Shown here: one piece after another, positions 10,024 through 20,521 of the stretch | Layout of the letters: the number at the start of each line of letters is the position of its first letter | How positions within the stretch are numbered: position 1 is the stretch's first letter | NCBI GenBank assembly: GCA_965228855.1 | Contig: CBDDIJ010000005.1 | Coordinates: 1,344,001-1,408,000 of the forward strand | DNA from: Candidatus Obscuribacterales bacterium | GTDB lineage: Bacteria > Cyanobacteriota > Vampirovibrionia > Obscuribacterales > Obscuribacteraceae | Length of the DNA: 64,000 nucleotides | Reading direction: 5' to 3' | The notes under the pieces: generated by a model | The model's database searches: none | The model's input: only the letters and a program-made list of their open reading frames with translations | Told to the model about the DNA's origin: nothing | Program-made: the position numbers and the translations under genes

Positions 10024-12099
10024 GTGACGAAAGCCAACGATACTCCGACACCTCCGTTGAGCGATCCGCTGGCTGTGTTTGCCGGGAACGCTGAGGAAGA
10101 AATCACTTCCATAGCCGATCGATATACCATCTTATGCAAACTCGGTCAGGGCGGAATGGGACGAGTTTTCAAAGCGCACGACAAAATCCTTGATCGCGAT
10201 GTGGCCGTGAAACTACTAAATCGCGAGCTGTGTGACAACCACTTCGTACTGCGGTTTCAACAGGAGGCACGCGCCGCAAGCCAGTTGAAACATCCGTCTA
10301 TTCTTTGCGTTCTCGATTTTGGATTACTTTCCTCCAGACAACCATACATGGTGATGGAGTGGGTGAATGGAGAATCGCTTCAGCAGCGCATCGAGCGCGA
10401 ACACGGACTGAACGTCGCAGACGCGCTCATGATCACCCTGCAAATAGCCGAAGGCATGAATCATGCGCATCAGAAAGGCATAATTCATCGAGATTTAAAA
10501 CCAGGAAATATCATGCTGGCGAAAACAGACTTGGGTGATAAAGCTTTGATCTTGGATTTCGGCATTGCCAAGATCCAAGACGATCGCAAGGAAGGCATGC
10601 TTACTCTGACAGGACAAATTATAGGCAGCCCTCCATGCATGAGTCCCGAACAAGCGAGAGGAGAGCAGCTTGATTCGCGCACCGATGTTTATTCACTGGG
10701 CTGCATACTCTATTGGATGTTAACGGGCCAACCTCCATACGAGGGAGACAGTGCTCTGGCTACGATAAACATGCACCTATCGGAGCCCATTCCATCTGCC
10801 TCGGCAAACACCGCGGCAAATCTTCCAGATGAAATCGACAACATCATCAACAAGATGCTGGCCAAGGAAAAATTTGAAAGATACGCCAGCATGACAGACG
10901 TCAAACACGCGATAGAAGCCATTGATTTTGAACCTTTTCAATCCTCGCTTGCAGCGAATCCAATCGAAGTTGCGGTGGAAGAGAGTAGAACCATATTTGG
11001 TATCAAACAGACCTGGCTATTTGGAATATCAGCATGCATGATTGTAATTGTTGCTCTGGCGATCGGAGTGCAAATTCTTCAGGAAAGAGACAGGGCCGGC
11101 AAGACAATTAAAAAATCAGCTCAGGTCCGGCACCTGGACAACAACTCCAGCGTGATCAATCTTGTACCGGCAAATTTCGTAGATCAGACAATAGACATAG
11201 AGTACGAGAAGGCCAGAGGGCTAAAACCCAAAGACTATTTCACCCTGACGGTAAACTCGACAGCCGAGGACCTCAAGCAAAGCCTGCTTGAAAAACCCGA
11301 CGCCTTTCATATCAGAGTGTATGAGACAACAATAACTCCAGCGATTGTCAGTCAGCTCGAGGATACAGATCGCATAACGCAACTGCGGTTTCAGCATGCA
11401 ATCATTCCTTCCGATTTGCAACAACGAATTTGCTCGCTTGAACAACTCACAGAGCTCAAATTCGTTGAACAAAATCTATCGACCGATGCACTAGGTCATT
11501 TAAAGAACATTCCAGGCCTGGTCAATTTGCAAATCTACAGATGTAACTTGCAGGACCATGATCTCAGCGATGTAATTGCCTGCAAACACTTGAACGTTCT
11601 GCATTTGAACGGTAACAAAGACCTCTCATACGCGGAGCGAAAAAATATCGCTAAGCTGAAGCACCTCACCAGTCTTTATATGGAAGAAACCTCTCTCCAG
11701 GATCAGGATATCAATTGGATTTCAACGATAAAGACGCTCAAGGCTCTTGGTTTGAAAGGGAATGGCCCGTTCACTTCTGCTGCACTACGAAAGCTCAAAG
11801 CGCTGAACGGGCTGGAAGAACTCAGACTTCAAGATACCTCATTAGATGCGAGGAAGATGAAAGTTCTATCCGAAATCGAATCTCTGAATCTGCTGGAGGT
11901 TTCGAATAATCCCAAGGTCACTCCAGCATGTATTCAGTTTTTTAGAAACCGTCCTCGACTGAAAATTGTTGTGGGAGAAACAGCAATAAGCCTGGCTGAC
12001 ATGGAAAAACTGGGGGAAGAACTTAATGTGTCCTTGCTAATATCGGGAAGGGCGGACGTCTTCAGCAGGGCGTCAAGCTTACTATCACCAGGGAAGTAA
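10024..12099 (+). CDS. Ser/Thr protein kinase, single TM, C-terminal leucine-rich repeats
   Basis: GQGGMG, VAVK, HRDLKPGN, DFG, MSPE; TM around WLFGISACMIVIVALAIGV; LxxLxLxxN/T repeats. Confidence 0.92.
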   Translation: MTKANDTPTPPLSDPLAVFAGNAEEEITSIADRYTILCKLGQGGMGRVFKAHDKILDRDVAVKLLNRELCDNHFVLRFQQEARAASQLKHPSILCVLDFGLLSSRQPYMVMEWVNGESLQQRIEREHGLNVADALMITLQIAEGMNHAHQKGIIHRDLKPGNIMLAKTDLGDKALILDFGIAKIQDDRKEGMLTLTGQIIGSPPCMSPEQARGEQLDSRTDVYSLGCILYWMLTGQPPYEGDSALATINMHLSEPIPSASANTAANLPDEIDNIINKMLAKEKFERYASMTDVKHAIEAIDFEPFQSSLAANPIEVAVEESRTIFGIKQTWLFGISACMIVIVALAIGVQILQERDRAGKTIKKSAQVRHLDNNSSVINLVPANFVDQTIDIEYEKARGLKPKDYFTLTVNSTAEDLKQSLLEKPDAFHIRVYETTITPAIVSQLEDTDRITQLRFQHAIIPSDLQQRICSLEQLTELKFVEQNLSTDALGHLKNIPGLVNLQIYRCNLQDHDLSDVIACKHLNVLHLNGNKDLSYAERKNIAKLKHLTSLYMEETSLQDQDINWISTIKTLKALGLKGNGPFTSAALRKLKALNGLEELRLQDTSLDARKMKVLSEIESLNLLEVSNNPKVTPACIQFFRNRPRLKIVVGETAISLADMEKLGEELNVSLLISGRADVFSRASSLLSPGK

Positions 12100-12187
12100 A
12101 ATAGTTTTTCAGGCCGAGGTCGATGTGTCGCGGTAGAGTTGAACAGAAACGGTGTTGTTAGTTACCTTCGGAAATAACCGCGATAAA

Positions 12188-12775
12188 ATGCATTTCGGCA
12201 AGCCCTCCGGACCCATGTTGATTTCTGTCATTTTGGCATTGGTCGGCGTTTTTGCAGCATTTTATGAACACACATCACTGCGTAGCACCACGCACAATCT
12301 TGCATTGACTGACCCGCCGGAGGCTCGCGAAATACCAAATTTCGAGGCTGTTTCAAGTTACCTTTACCGAGGAGCTCTGCCGACGCCATGGGGCATGGAG
12401 TGGCTGAAACAGCACGGAGTGAAGACCATCGTAGATCTTCGTGAAGCGAATACGCCACCGGTTATCGGCGAACAAATTACAGCCAGAGCGATGGGTTTCA
12501 ACTACATAAATCTGCCGGTGCGAAACTTGCCCACAAGCGACCAGCTGGTTGCGTTCAAACAAATTGTCGAGAACGCGCGCGACGGTGCTGGACCTGTATT
12601 CGTGCACTGCAACTACGGCTCGGATCGAACGGGCTTCTTTATCTTCACATGGCGTGTTGCAGGCGAAAGATGGAGATGGAGTCTCGCTCTCTGCGAGATG
12701 ATCGAACGAGGTTTCTTCTTCCATAAATTCGCTGAAAATAAAACAGCACCGCTGGCCGACCCTCGAAACTGGTAG
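12188..12775 (+). CDS. Protein tyrosine/dual-specificity phosphatase-like protein with N-terminal hydrophobic segment
   Basis: NF..V...LYRG..P, IVDLR, catalytic loop VFVHCNYGSDRTG (HCxxGxxR). Confidence 0.88.
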   Translation: MHFGKPSGPMLISVILALVGVFAAFYEHTSLRSTTHNLALTDPPEAREIPNFEAVSSYLYRGALPTPWGMEWLKQHGVKTIVDLREANTPPVIGEQITARAMGFNYINLPVRNLPTSDQLVAFKQIVENARDGAGPVFVHCNYGSDRTGFFIFTWRVAGERWRWSLALCEMIERGFFFHKFAENKTAPLADPRNW

Positions 12776-12788
12776 TTTAGATCGGTAT

Positions 12789-14345
12789 CTAGGAAGACGG
12801 TGAATTGTCCATCAAAACAAGTGTTTGATCGACACTCTTTCTGCCAATTTCGTTAGTTAACCAGTTTTGAAATTCGTTTAAACGCCCGATTCTTGAACCC
12901 GTGAGACGCGACATAATATTCGCAGCCTTCAGCGTCATCTTTGCCGTGAATAAACCTGGGCGCTTCTTCAGTAGCTTCCACCAATAGATAATTCGGAAAC
13001 GATAAGAAAAGCGGTAGAGCGTATCGAAAACCATGGTATCAAAAGTCTTCATCATATAAAGCGCATCGTATACAACCGCATTCGGTGCCTTTTTGTAGAC
13101 GATGGACTTCTGACTTGCTTCGAAACGTTGCTCCGCAAGCTCATAAAGCTCGGCTGTCTGACGTGCGATTTCCATCCGTTGAAAATGTTCTAAAGTTCTT
13201 TCTCTGGCTTTCTTCGCCATTCGCTCTCGCAGCGCCGGATCATCAACCAAACGGAGAATAGCTTGGGCGATAGCATCCGAATCTTTGGGCTCGACAATGA
13301 TGCCGGACTCTTCAGCAGAAAGATACTCCTTCGTACCACCACCGGTAGTACCAATGACAGGCCGCCCGCAAGACATCGCTTCCAGACAGGTGTAAGGCGA
13401 GTTGTCGTAAACCGAGGGGACAACACAAATATCGGCGGAGCGATAGTATCCGGGAAGATCATTTAGCGGTACGCGGTTTATAAACTGGAAATATGCGCCG
13501 GTACCATCACGTTCAATTGTCGCTTTGAGTTTATCGAGTTCGGAACTCTGCCCTTTAGCGTTTTTGGTGTCATCGCCGATTATCACGAACTCGACGTTCT
13601 TATTTTTCGCGACAATTTTTGGAACAGCGTCGACTAAATACTGAATTCCTTTGCGCTCCTCCAGCCGGCCGACAAAAAGAATTCGAGTCTTTTCCGTGCC
13701 TGGAAGCAGCTTTTCACCGTCCGGTGTAAAAACATTCGGGTCGATAGGATTGCGAACGATTTTGATTTCCTCAGCATCGATATGCAGATCATTTGCCACC
13801 CAATCCCGGAGATCAAGACTGGGAGAGGTTATAACATCTGCTGAAGTCATAGCCACTCGCTCAAGCGCGGCGATAAACTCATGATCGAATGTTGGAGTTA
13901 CGTTGTGCAGTCGTTCTGCGATAAATTTAGAATGCGGAGTGTAGAGCCTGATGACCAGCGGACATACCCGAGTGAGCGCCTGGAAAAATCCTTCCGACAG
14001 AAGTTCCGGGGTATCGACGACATCAAACGGCTTCGCCAGATGTAGCTCCAAAAACTTGCGCCACATCGAGATAGACGCAGACAAAACGTAGTGACTATAA
14101 GGTATGCAAGCGTTCATCGAATCGAAATTTCTTTCAATCCATGTGAGACTGACGCGATGGATGCTGATACCCTCATCATCAATAACTTTGTCCACGTCTT
14201 TCGAGAGCGATACAACCACTACGTCATGACCGATCTCTTCCAGTCCATGGGCAAGGTGACGAGTAAATGTGGCGATTCCACCGAAACCTGTTTCGGGTGG
14301 ATATTCACGGGATATGAGACAGACTCGCAATTTTCGGGAGGTCAT
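12789..14345 (-). CDS. Glycosyltransferase family 4
   Basis: SREYPP...GGIATF, FVGRLEERKG, PS.YDNSPYTCLEAMSCGRPVI. Confidence 0.92.
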   Translation of the reverse strand: MTSRKLRVCLISREYPPETGFGGIATFTRHLAHGLEEIGHDVVVVSLSKDVDKVIDDEGISIHRVSLTWIERNFDSMNACIPYSHYVLSASISMWRKFLELHLAKPFDVVDTPELLSEGFFQALTRVCPLVIRLYTPHSKFIAERLHNVTPTFDHEFIAALERVAMTSADVITSPSLDLRDWVANDLHIDAEEIKIVRNPIDPNVFTPDGEKLLPGTEKTRILFVGRLEERKGIQYLVDAVPKIVAKNKNVEFVIIGDDTKNAKGQSSELDKLKATIERDGTGAYFQFINRVPLNDLPGYYRSADICVVPSVYDNSPYTCLEAMSCGRPVIGTTGGGTKEYLSAEESGIIVEPKDSDAIAQAILRLVDDPALRERMAKKARERTLEHFQRMEIARQTAELYELAEQRFEASQKSIVYKKAPNAVVYDALYMMKTFDTMVFDTLYRFSYRFRIIYWWKLLKKRPGLFTAKMTLKAANIMSRLTGSRIGRLNEFQNWLTNEIGRKSVDQTLVLMDNSPSS

Positions 14346-14488
14346 AGGTCAATCTTAATACCTGAGCGCGAGGTGGAACTTAGTAGGCGCTTATCTGCAG
14401 CTCTGGAGACTCCGCGAAACGCCGCGCCAGGACTCATTTGCGAATTCTTCGTTTCCCTTAATGGCAAAAGAGGCGCTTACTTCAGAAG

Positions 14489-15901
14489 CTATTTGCCGGC
14501 AGTGAGCCCGACCTTGCGACCGTGCTTCTCGAAAGCCTTGCCGTAGAGAGACTCCAGCTCATCCACCATAATCGAGATTGTGCGCTGCGGACCAATCGCT
14601 TCGCGAAAGCCTTCCAGTACTCGCCGGTCATCAAGCAATTTGCGCAACTGTGCGGCCAGATCTTCATGGTCGTTGAGTTTGAAAAGCAAACCGTTTTTAC
14701 CATGATCGATGAGTTCCGACATGCCCCCGAGGTCTGTTGCGATCATCGGGGTTTTGGTGGTAAGTGCGGACTGCATAACCAGCGGCGTATTCTCGTACCA
14801 GCGAGAGGGTACAACCATCACGTCGATTTCTGAAAGTACTTTTCCGAAGTCATCGTTGTGAAAGGTCTCCAGAAATTGCACCGAATCACGAGTAAGCGGG
14901 TCAGACTTTGCCAATGCAATCAAAGTATCAGCGTACTCGGCAAATTGTTTGGTGCTTCCGTAGATTTTCAACAGAGCTTTCTCGGGCGCTTTGAGAAGCT
15001 GAAAAGCTCTTATAAGGATGTCGACACCCTTATGCTCGAAAAGTGTGCCTATGTATCCAATACGCAACACATCAGACGCGGGTTTATCGCACCAGTCAAG
15101 GAGTTTAGCGGTATCGATTCCGAATGGCACATGATAAATTAGCTCGTCGTTGATTCCGTTTTGAGCAAACAAACGCTTCATCAACATGGTAGGAACGGTA
15201 ATCGCGTCTACTGTATTGGCAATTTTACTGAGAGCTTCCGGTCGACAAGCTGTAGCTTTCAGTGCCTGCGGGTACTTGGAAGCAAGATAACCATAGTAGA
15301 GAACTCGTGACCCGAGCTTTCCGGAGGCTCGAGCTAGAGCGGGAAAACGCTTGTCTATAGCCTCAATAAATTCGCTCTCGGGAGGCATGAGTTCAGGAGT
15401 GTAGCAGGTGAAACAGTTACGAGCTCCCGGTCCGGGACCCTCACAAACAGCACCGCTCGGTCGCTTCAGCTGCACGACCGGACAGATCCACCAGAAATCC
15501 GTCGGCGATAAAATCACTGGCAGATCGCGGGACTTTGCCTCCTCTATCACGCTGGCGGAGAGGTTTTGCGCGTGCATAACGTGAACGATGTCGGGTCGAA
15601 ATTCATCGATCAGTTCACCGAAACGCTCACGCATATGAGGATGCTGGTACTCGAATGAAAACTTGTAGTCCTTTAAGCGCAGCGATTCTTCCAGACTTAT
15701 TACACTTACGCCCTCGTAAGTATAGCGACGTTCAGTCTCGCCCGGGCGTCTTCTGGCGTCGACGTCAGGGGGGTTGGCGGTAACAACGAGCACTTCATGC
15801 CCACGTCGAATTAGATCCTGAGCTATTTTCAGCGTGAGCACTTCTGTTCCGGCGCGATGCTCCGGAAAGAATTTATGCACTGTCATTAGTACTCGAGTCA
15901 C
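14489..15901 (-). CDS. Glycosyltransferase family 4
   Basis: F.P...AGTE, DFWWICP, IGYIGTL..HKG, PSRWYENTPLV..SA....P.IATDLGG. Confidence 0.92.
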   Translation of the reverse strand: MTRVLMTVHKFFPEHRAGTEVLTLKIAQDLIRRGHEVLVVTANPPDVDARRRPGETERRYTYEGVSVISLEESLRLKDYKFSFEYQHPHMRERFGELIDEFRPDIVHVMHAQNLSASVIEEAKSRDLPVILSPTDFWWICPVVQLKRPSGAVCEGPGPGARNCFTCYTPELMPPESEFIEAIDKRFPALARASGKLGSRVLYYGYLASKYPQALKATACRPEALSKIANTVDAITVPTMLMKRLFAQNGINDELIYHVPFGIDTAKLLDWCDKPASDVLRIGYIGTLFEHKGVDILIRAFQLLKAPEKALLKIYGSTKQFAEYADTLIALAKSDPLTRDSVQFLETFHNDDFGKVLSEIDVMVVPSRWYENTPLVMQSALTTKTPMIATDLGGMSELIDHGKNGLLFKLNDHEDLAAQLRKLLDDRRVLEGFREAIGPQRTISIMVDELESLYGKAFEKHGRKVGLTAGK

Positions 15902-16178
15902 GATGGCGGGCGTTTAAAACTGGCGCGGCAGAACGAAATCGGTTGTTTACTAGACGATAGAATGATACACAAGATCGACAGAGTCTCTCCGCGCAGCCTA
16001 TTTAGAATCAGCAAAATCTTAACTTCGAGCTCCGAAACACTGAATCTCTACGAGACCTGAGCTATACGGAGATCGTAACTTGTTCCGTCAGTCGACCTGC
16101 GCCCGCGCCTCAGCACCATATTTGATACCAGTAGCAATAAATTGCTTTTGAAACGCGGACACGGTTTCAAAACTAAAC

Positions 16179-17261
16179 TTACCAATCGAGACGAGAAGTC
16201 GGATCGAAAATACCGATTTTTCCGGACGTGCACCGCAAACATTCCGGTCCTTCAAACTCATACTGGCACACTTCGCAAATGCTCTTTGCATACCGGCTAT
16301 AGTCTTTCTGCGGCTGCTGAGCCTTTTCAACCTGGGGCTGTTGTTGCTGCTGACCGTACTGGTCGTGACCCTGCTGTTGCTGCTGCCCGGACTGCCCATA
16401 GCCGGCATTCGCCTGACCGTACTGCGCTTGCTGCTGGCCTGCCTGACCGTATCCGGTGTTAGCCTGTTGGCCACCGTATTGCTGCGCGTACTGCTGCTGT
16501 TGAGCATACTGTTGCTGCTGAGCGTACTGTTGCTGTTGATACTGTTGTTGCTGATAAGCCGCTTGTTGTGCGGCTTGCTGAGCAGCCGCCTCCTTCGCCT
16601 TGAGCTCAGCCTCTTGCTGAGCGGCAATTTGAGCGGCTAGCTGGGCCGCCTGAGCCTGAGCTTCAGCGTATTGAGACCCCTGATTCTGACTAAGCGCCGC
16701 TTGAGTCTGCGCATATTGGTTCGAATAGGCTGCGTTTTGCCCAGCCGCGACGGTCGCAGGCTGAGGGACCGGGGCTGCAGCCGGTGCAGGCTGTCTGGCG
16801 ACGTAATAGTTATAAATCTCGGCAGCCTCTGCGGGGCGCTGCAACCACTTCAAAAGCTCAATGAGATTGGCTGCGATCTGCTGGCACTCAGCGTGGTCGA
16901 TCCCCAGGCTCGACGCGAAGATCCTGGCGGCTTCCTTGGCGTACTGTACGACCCGCTCGTACTGTTTAGTTTGATAAGTGGCCGCAATCAGGTTTTTTAG
17001 CGTGCGGGCAATTTCGACGTTGTCCGCGCCATAAAGCTGGACTTTCACTTTCGCGACATATTGGTAAATCTTTTCGGCGTCTGCAAACTTATGTTGCATG
17101 AACGCGAGCCACCCCAGTGAATCAAGCGCCGTACAAATCCTTTCGAGATCCTTCGCCTGACGCGCTTCTTTGAACGCCTGGTAAATGATTCGCTCTGCCT
17201 CGGCGTAATTGCCCTGCGCAACGTATTGCGATGCTAGATTACAGTACTCCTGCCAGCTCAT
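16179..17261 (-). CDS. TPR protein with Gln-rich low-complexity region and C-terminal zinc ribbon
   Basis: TPR-like helices (QGNYAEAE, LDSLGWL...KFADAE, LKNL...Y), QQQQYA repeats, CEVC-x8-CLRC. ATG 17261 preferred over 17318. Confidence 0.8.
   Translation of the reverse strand: MSWQEYCNLASQYVAQGNYAEAERIIYQAFKEARQAKDLERICTALDSLGWLAFMQHKFADAEKIYQYVAKVKVQLYGADNVEIARTLKNLIAATYQTKQYERVVQYAKEAARIFASSLGIDHAECQQIAANLIELLKWLQRPAEAAEIYNYYVARQPAPAAAPVPQPATVAAGQNAAYSNQYAQTQAALSQNQGSQYAEAQAQAAQLAAQIAAQQEAELKAKEAAAQQAAQQAAYQQQQYQQQQYAQQQQYAQQQQYAQQYGGQQANTGYGQAGQQQAQYGQANAGYGQSGQQQQQGHDQYGQQQQQPQVEKAQQPQKDYSRYAKSICEVCQYEFEGPECLRCTSGKIGIFDPTSRLDW
16365..16620 (-). repeat. In-frame coding tandem repeats (QQQQYA / QxQYGQ)
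   Basis: Recurrent (t)gctgctg / tactg(t/c)tg units on the plus strand encoding poly-Q/Y/G peptides on the minus strand. Confidence 0.75.
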
Positions 17262-17653
17262 TAGGTAGTCGGGCCCGCCGCTCAATATCTGGGTATGTGT
17301 TCTATCTTCCCAGCACATTTAATCTTTTAACGTTCATAGAAATAGATGTCTACCTATTTCTCATATTTAACTTATTACCAGACATTGAGACGCGGATAGA
17401 GCGAACGCTGTCAAGAAGCGCTTAAGGCGCCAATCGGCAGAAACCTTCACAGGCGCCAAATGTGCAGCATTTTTGCAAAGCGCCGGGTTTGATCACAAGT
17501 AAAGCGAATGCCATTGCCAGGTCGGTCAATCACTCCCGATACTTCGCAAATCCGGCATAGGTTAATGACAATCAAGGTTATGGCGACAATTTTTAGAGAG
17601 AATAACCTACTTGGCTTCTGCGAAAGGAGAGCCTGTTCTGCCCTGGTGCTCGT

Positions 17654-20521
17654 ATGCAGACTTCTGTCGACACGTCCAAACCCAAAGACGAAAAACCGCA
17701 TCCCGCGTCCTCAGCCTCCTCAGACGCGGCGTCTATGCGCTTGTGGCTAATCGCAATCTTTGCGCTCGCCCTGGGCATTCGCAGCTGGTTCGCCTTTGCG
17801 GACGGTCACAGCGCCATCGTATTCTCCTGCGACGCCTCGGAATACTTACGAGACGCCCGAGGGCTAGCTCAGCTTCTAACGAACAGCCCCAACTGGACCG
17901 AAACCATTCGATTACTGGGCAACAGCCTCTCCACTCAGGAAGCCGTTCAGCTCCGGCAACAGTTCGCGCCGGTCAAAGAGCTCGCGATTGCCGGTCCAAT
18001 TTTTCCGCTCGGACTCCTTATCAGTTTTGCCAGCTTCGGTCTGCCGGTTGCCCAGACCAACTGGCATGCACCAGTTATCTTTCAAATCGTCATCAGCGCA
18101 CTCACTTGCACACTGATTGCTTACATCGGCAAGTTCGCCTGGAACAAGAATTCTGGTATCGCAGCCGGTATCATAACAGCACTTTATCCAGGATTTATCG
18201 TCAACTCGATAAGGATGTACTCAGAGTCGTTCAGCTGTTTTCTGCTTTGCGCAGTAGTGGCGCTGGCGATACCAGTACTGAGCAAGAACGGCATGTTCCA
18301 CTCGCTGACAGCAGGCGCCTGCCTGGCATTTCTTCAACTCACCCGCTCGGTCATGGTGCTGGTAACCGGTCTCACATTCGCGCTCACCGCCTGGCTCAGC
18401 CCCGGAAGGAGCAGAATCTTGCGTCTCACCGGATTACTCTTAGGCATGGCGATAGTCTTCGCGCCCTGGCTCCTTTTTCAACAGCTCGCTTTCGGTAAGA
18501 GCTCCCTCGTCGTTGACAGAGTCGGTCACTACAACCTCTTCATCGGCACCAACATCTCCACGAACGGCTACCTGTCCTATCCCTACCCGGACGGTCGCGG
18601 CATAGAAAAACTGTCTTACGGTACACTGGTCGGCGCCCAGATAAAAGAGAGTCCGATTCGATTCGCCAGATTGATGCTAGACAAGCCGCTTCGCCTTCTG
18701 AAATTCCCGTGGAACGACTTCCGAACCCCGATCGGTCCTTTTGGCATGCCACCACAAGTGGTTTTCCACCAGCTGATGCTGGCATTCGCGGCGATTGGCG
18801 CCGCCCTCTGCCTGTTTGAAAAAACAGAAACAGCCGGCCGCCTGCGGTTGAAACTTCTTCTTGCTTCTTTGCTGGGCATGCACGCCGTCTATCTCGCATT
18901 CATCACCGTCCCGCGGTACAACCTCACTTCGATTCCGTTTATCGCTCTCTTCGCCGGTGCCGGTTTGGTTACAGTGGCCTCAGCAATATGTAAATCCAAA
19001 ACAGAAAACGCAGACTCGAACCTTTCAAGCTCGGCAGCAATAGCCCTTTGTAGCGCAATCGGATTGTCTATGTTCTTCGCCCGCATCGACTGGTTCTCAA
19101 CCATACTCGTGCCGTTGAACGCTTCACCTGTAGTGGCATTCGCCGTGACTTCAGCCATCAAAGCCTTACCGCTCATCGCATTCTTCACAGTCCTCTTCAT
19201 CACGGCATCGCAATTGAAAGAAAACTATCGCCATGTCAAATGGGTGTCAGTTGCACTCGCTCTCGTGACGGTGCCTCTATGTTCATTGCCGTTCCATTCA
19301 CACGGCAGAAACAACGAATGGACTCTGTCGAGTGGTTCCGCGCATGTAGCCAAGCAATTTATCCCACTGCCCGCGGAGAAACTTGAATCGTTAAAGACAC
19401 GTGATTGTCTAATCATCGTGGACAGTTCCAACTGGCAAGGAATCGGCAATGGTGCCCGCTTGCTTGTCAACGGCGTTGAGCTGAAAGGCGCAGCCTTTCC
19501 GCTAATGCCATTCACTCAAAATCTTAGCGAAACCAAAAGCCGAGGAGCGACTTCGAAGGTTGAGCAGCATTATTTAGAGTGCGAAGACATTTACTCATCA
19601 CTCACTGCCGCTGCCGGCGGTGGCAATCTCGATTTACGACAGTGGTTCGCAATCCCGATACCCGCGCAAGTTATTGAAACTGTTATACGCCAGGACGAAC
19701 CAGGTTTAACAATCGAGCTAGAACAGAAGCCTTCGTCCGGCAGCGAATTGTTCGGCATTTTTGTAGACGCAAAAGACAAAGAGGTTCGCATTCCAAGCGT
19801 GGCAAGATTCAGCTGGGAAAAGGCTTTCTATGCGGTTGAGGAGGAGAAGGGCTTTACGGACTCGCGTTACGACGACCGCATTGCAATTTCAAAGCCGACG
19901 CACCTTCGCACCTCCGGCGATACCACCGACTGGATTCGCATCCCTCACATCAGATTACTGATAGCCCCGCCAGCCCCTGCACTCGTTTCCCCGGAGAAGG
20001 AAGAAGATACAACTGTTAGAGTAGAGTTGAACGTGACGTCGAGTTCAGATGCCAACACAGGACAGGCTTCGATAAGCGCGAAGCAGTTAGAGGATGCCGT
20101 CTTCAAGGGGGGAACGATGGTCGCATCTGTTACCGCGAAGATCACCTCGAAAGAAACCGAGGCCAAGAATCTTCCCGTTGCGTTTTCTGCGACTTTCCAA
20201 TCGACTGACGAGAGCGGGCGCCAGCATCGCTACCGCAGCCCCTGGGTACCTACAAGCGTAGTCACATCACCTGGCTCAAACACTTATAGTTTCTCTCTGC
20301 CGTTCAACAAAGCAGCGCTCCCGGGACGCCTGGACAGTATCACGGTGCAATGCACTCCGGGCGGTGTGGCAAGCGGCACCGATTTCTTCGGTGTTAACGG
20401 GCCAACAAGATCCCGCATCCCGAGCGGCACCTTGGACGAGAAACACCATTTAGACTCGCTTACTCTGAATGTTTTCAGCATTAAATCAAACCCGATCGGA
20501 TATGGCTACGAAGTTCTCTGA
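17654..20521 (+). CDS. GT-C fold (PMT/ArnT-like, GT39/83) membrane glycosyltransferase with large C-terminal soluble domain
   Basis: DASEY acidic loop after TM1, ALYP...MYSE, PW, PRY motifs, many TM helices. Confidence 0.75.
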   Translation: MQTSVDTSKPKDEKPHPASSASSDAASMRLWLIAIFALALGIRSWFAFADGHSAIVFSCDASEYLRDARGLAQLLTNSPNWTETIRLLGNSLSTQEAVQLRQQFAPVKELAIAGPIFPLGLLISFASFGLPVAQTNWHAPVIFQIVISALTCTLIAYIGKFAWNKNSGIAAGIITALYPGFIVNSIRMYSESFSCFLLCAVVALAIPVLSKNGMFHSLTAGACLAFLQLTRSVMVLVTGLTFALTAWLSPGRSRILRLTGLLLGMAIVFAPWLLFQQLAFGKSSLVVDRVGHYNLFIGTNISTNGYLSYPYPDGRGIEKLSYGTLVGAQIKESPIRFARLMLDKPLRLLKFPWNDFRTPIGPFGMPPQVVFHQLMLAFAAIGAALCLFEKTETAGRLRLKLLLASLLGMHAVYLAFITVPRYNLTSIPFIALFAGAGLVTVASAICKSKTENADSNLSSSAAIALCSAIGLSMFFARIDWFSTILVPLNASPVVAFAVTSAIKALPLIAFFTVLFITASQLKENYRHVKWVSVALALVTVPLCSLPFHSHGRNNEWTLSSGSAHVAKQFIPLPAEKLESLKTRDCLIIVDSSNWQGIGNGARLLVNGVELKGAAFPLMPFTQNLSETKSRGATSKVEQHYLECEDIYSSLTAAAGGGNLDLRQWFAIPIPAQVIETVIRQDEPGLTIELEQKPSSGSELFGIFVDAKDKEVRIPSVARFSWEKAFYAVEEEKGFTDSRYDDRIAISKPTHLRTSGDTTDWIRIPHIRLLIAPPAPALVSPEKEEDTTVRVELNVTSSSDANTGQASISAKQLEDAVFKGGTMVASVTAKITSKETEAKNLPVAFSATFQSTDESGRQHRYRSPWVPTSVVTSPGSNTYSFSLPFNKAALPGRLDSITVQCTPGGVASGTDFFGVNGPTRSRIPSGTLDEKHHLDSLTLNVFSIKSNPIGYGYEVL

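Noticed and set aside
17611..18498. 295-aa alternative-frame ORF
   Set aside because: Lies inside the GT-C gene in another frame; Arg/Ser-rich with no motif, typical shadow ORF
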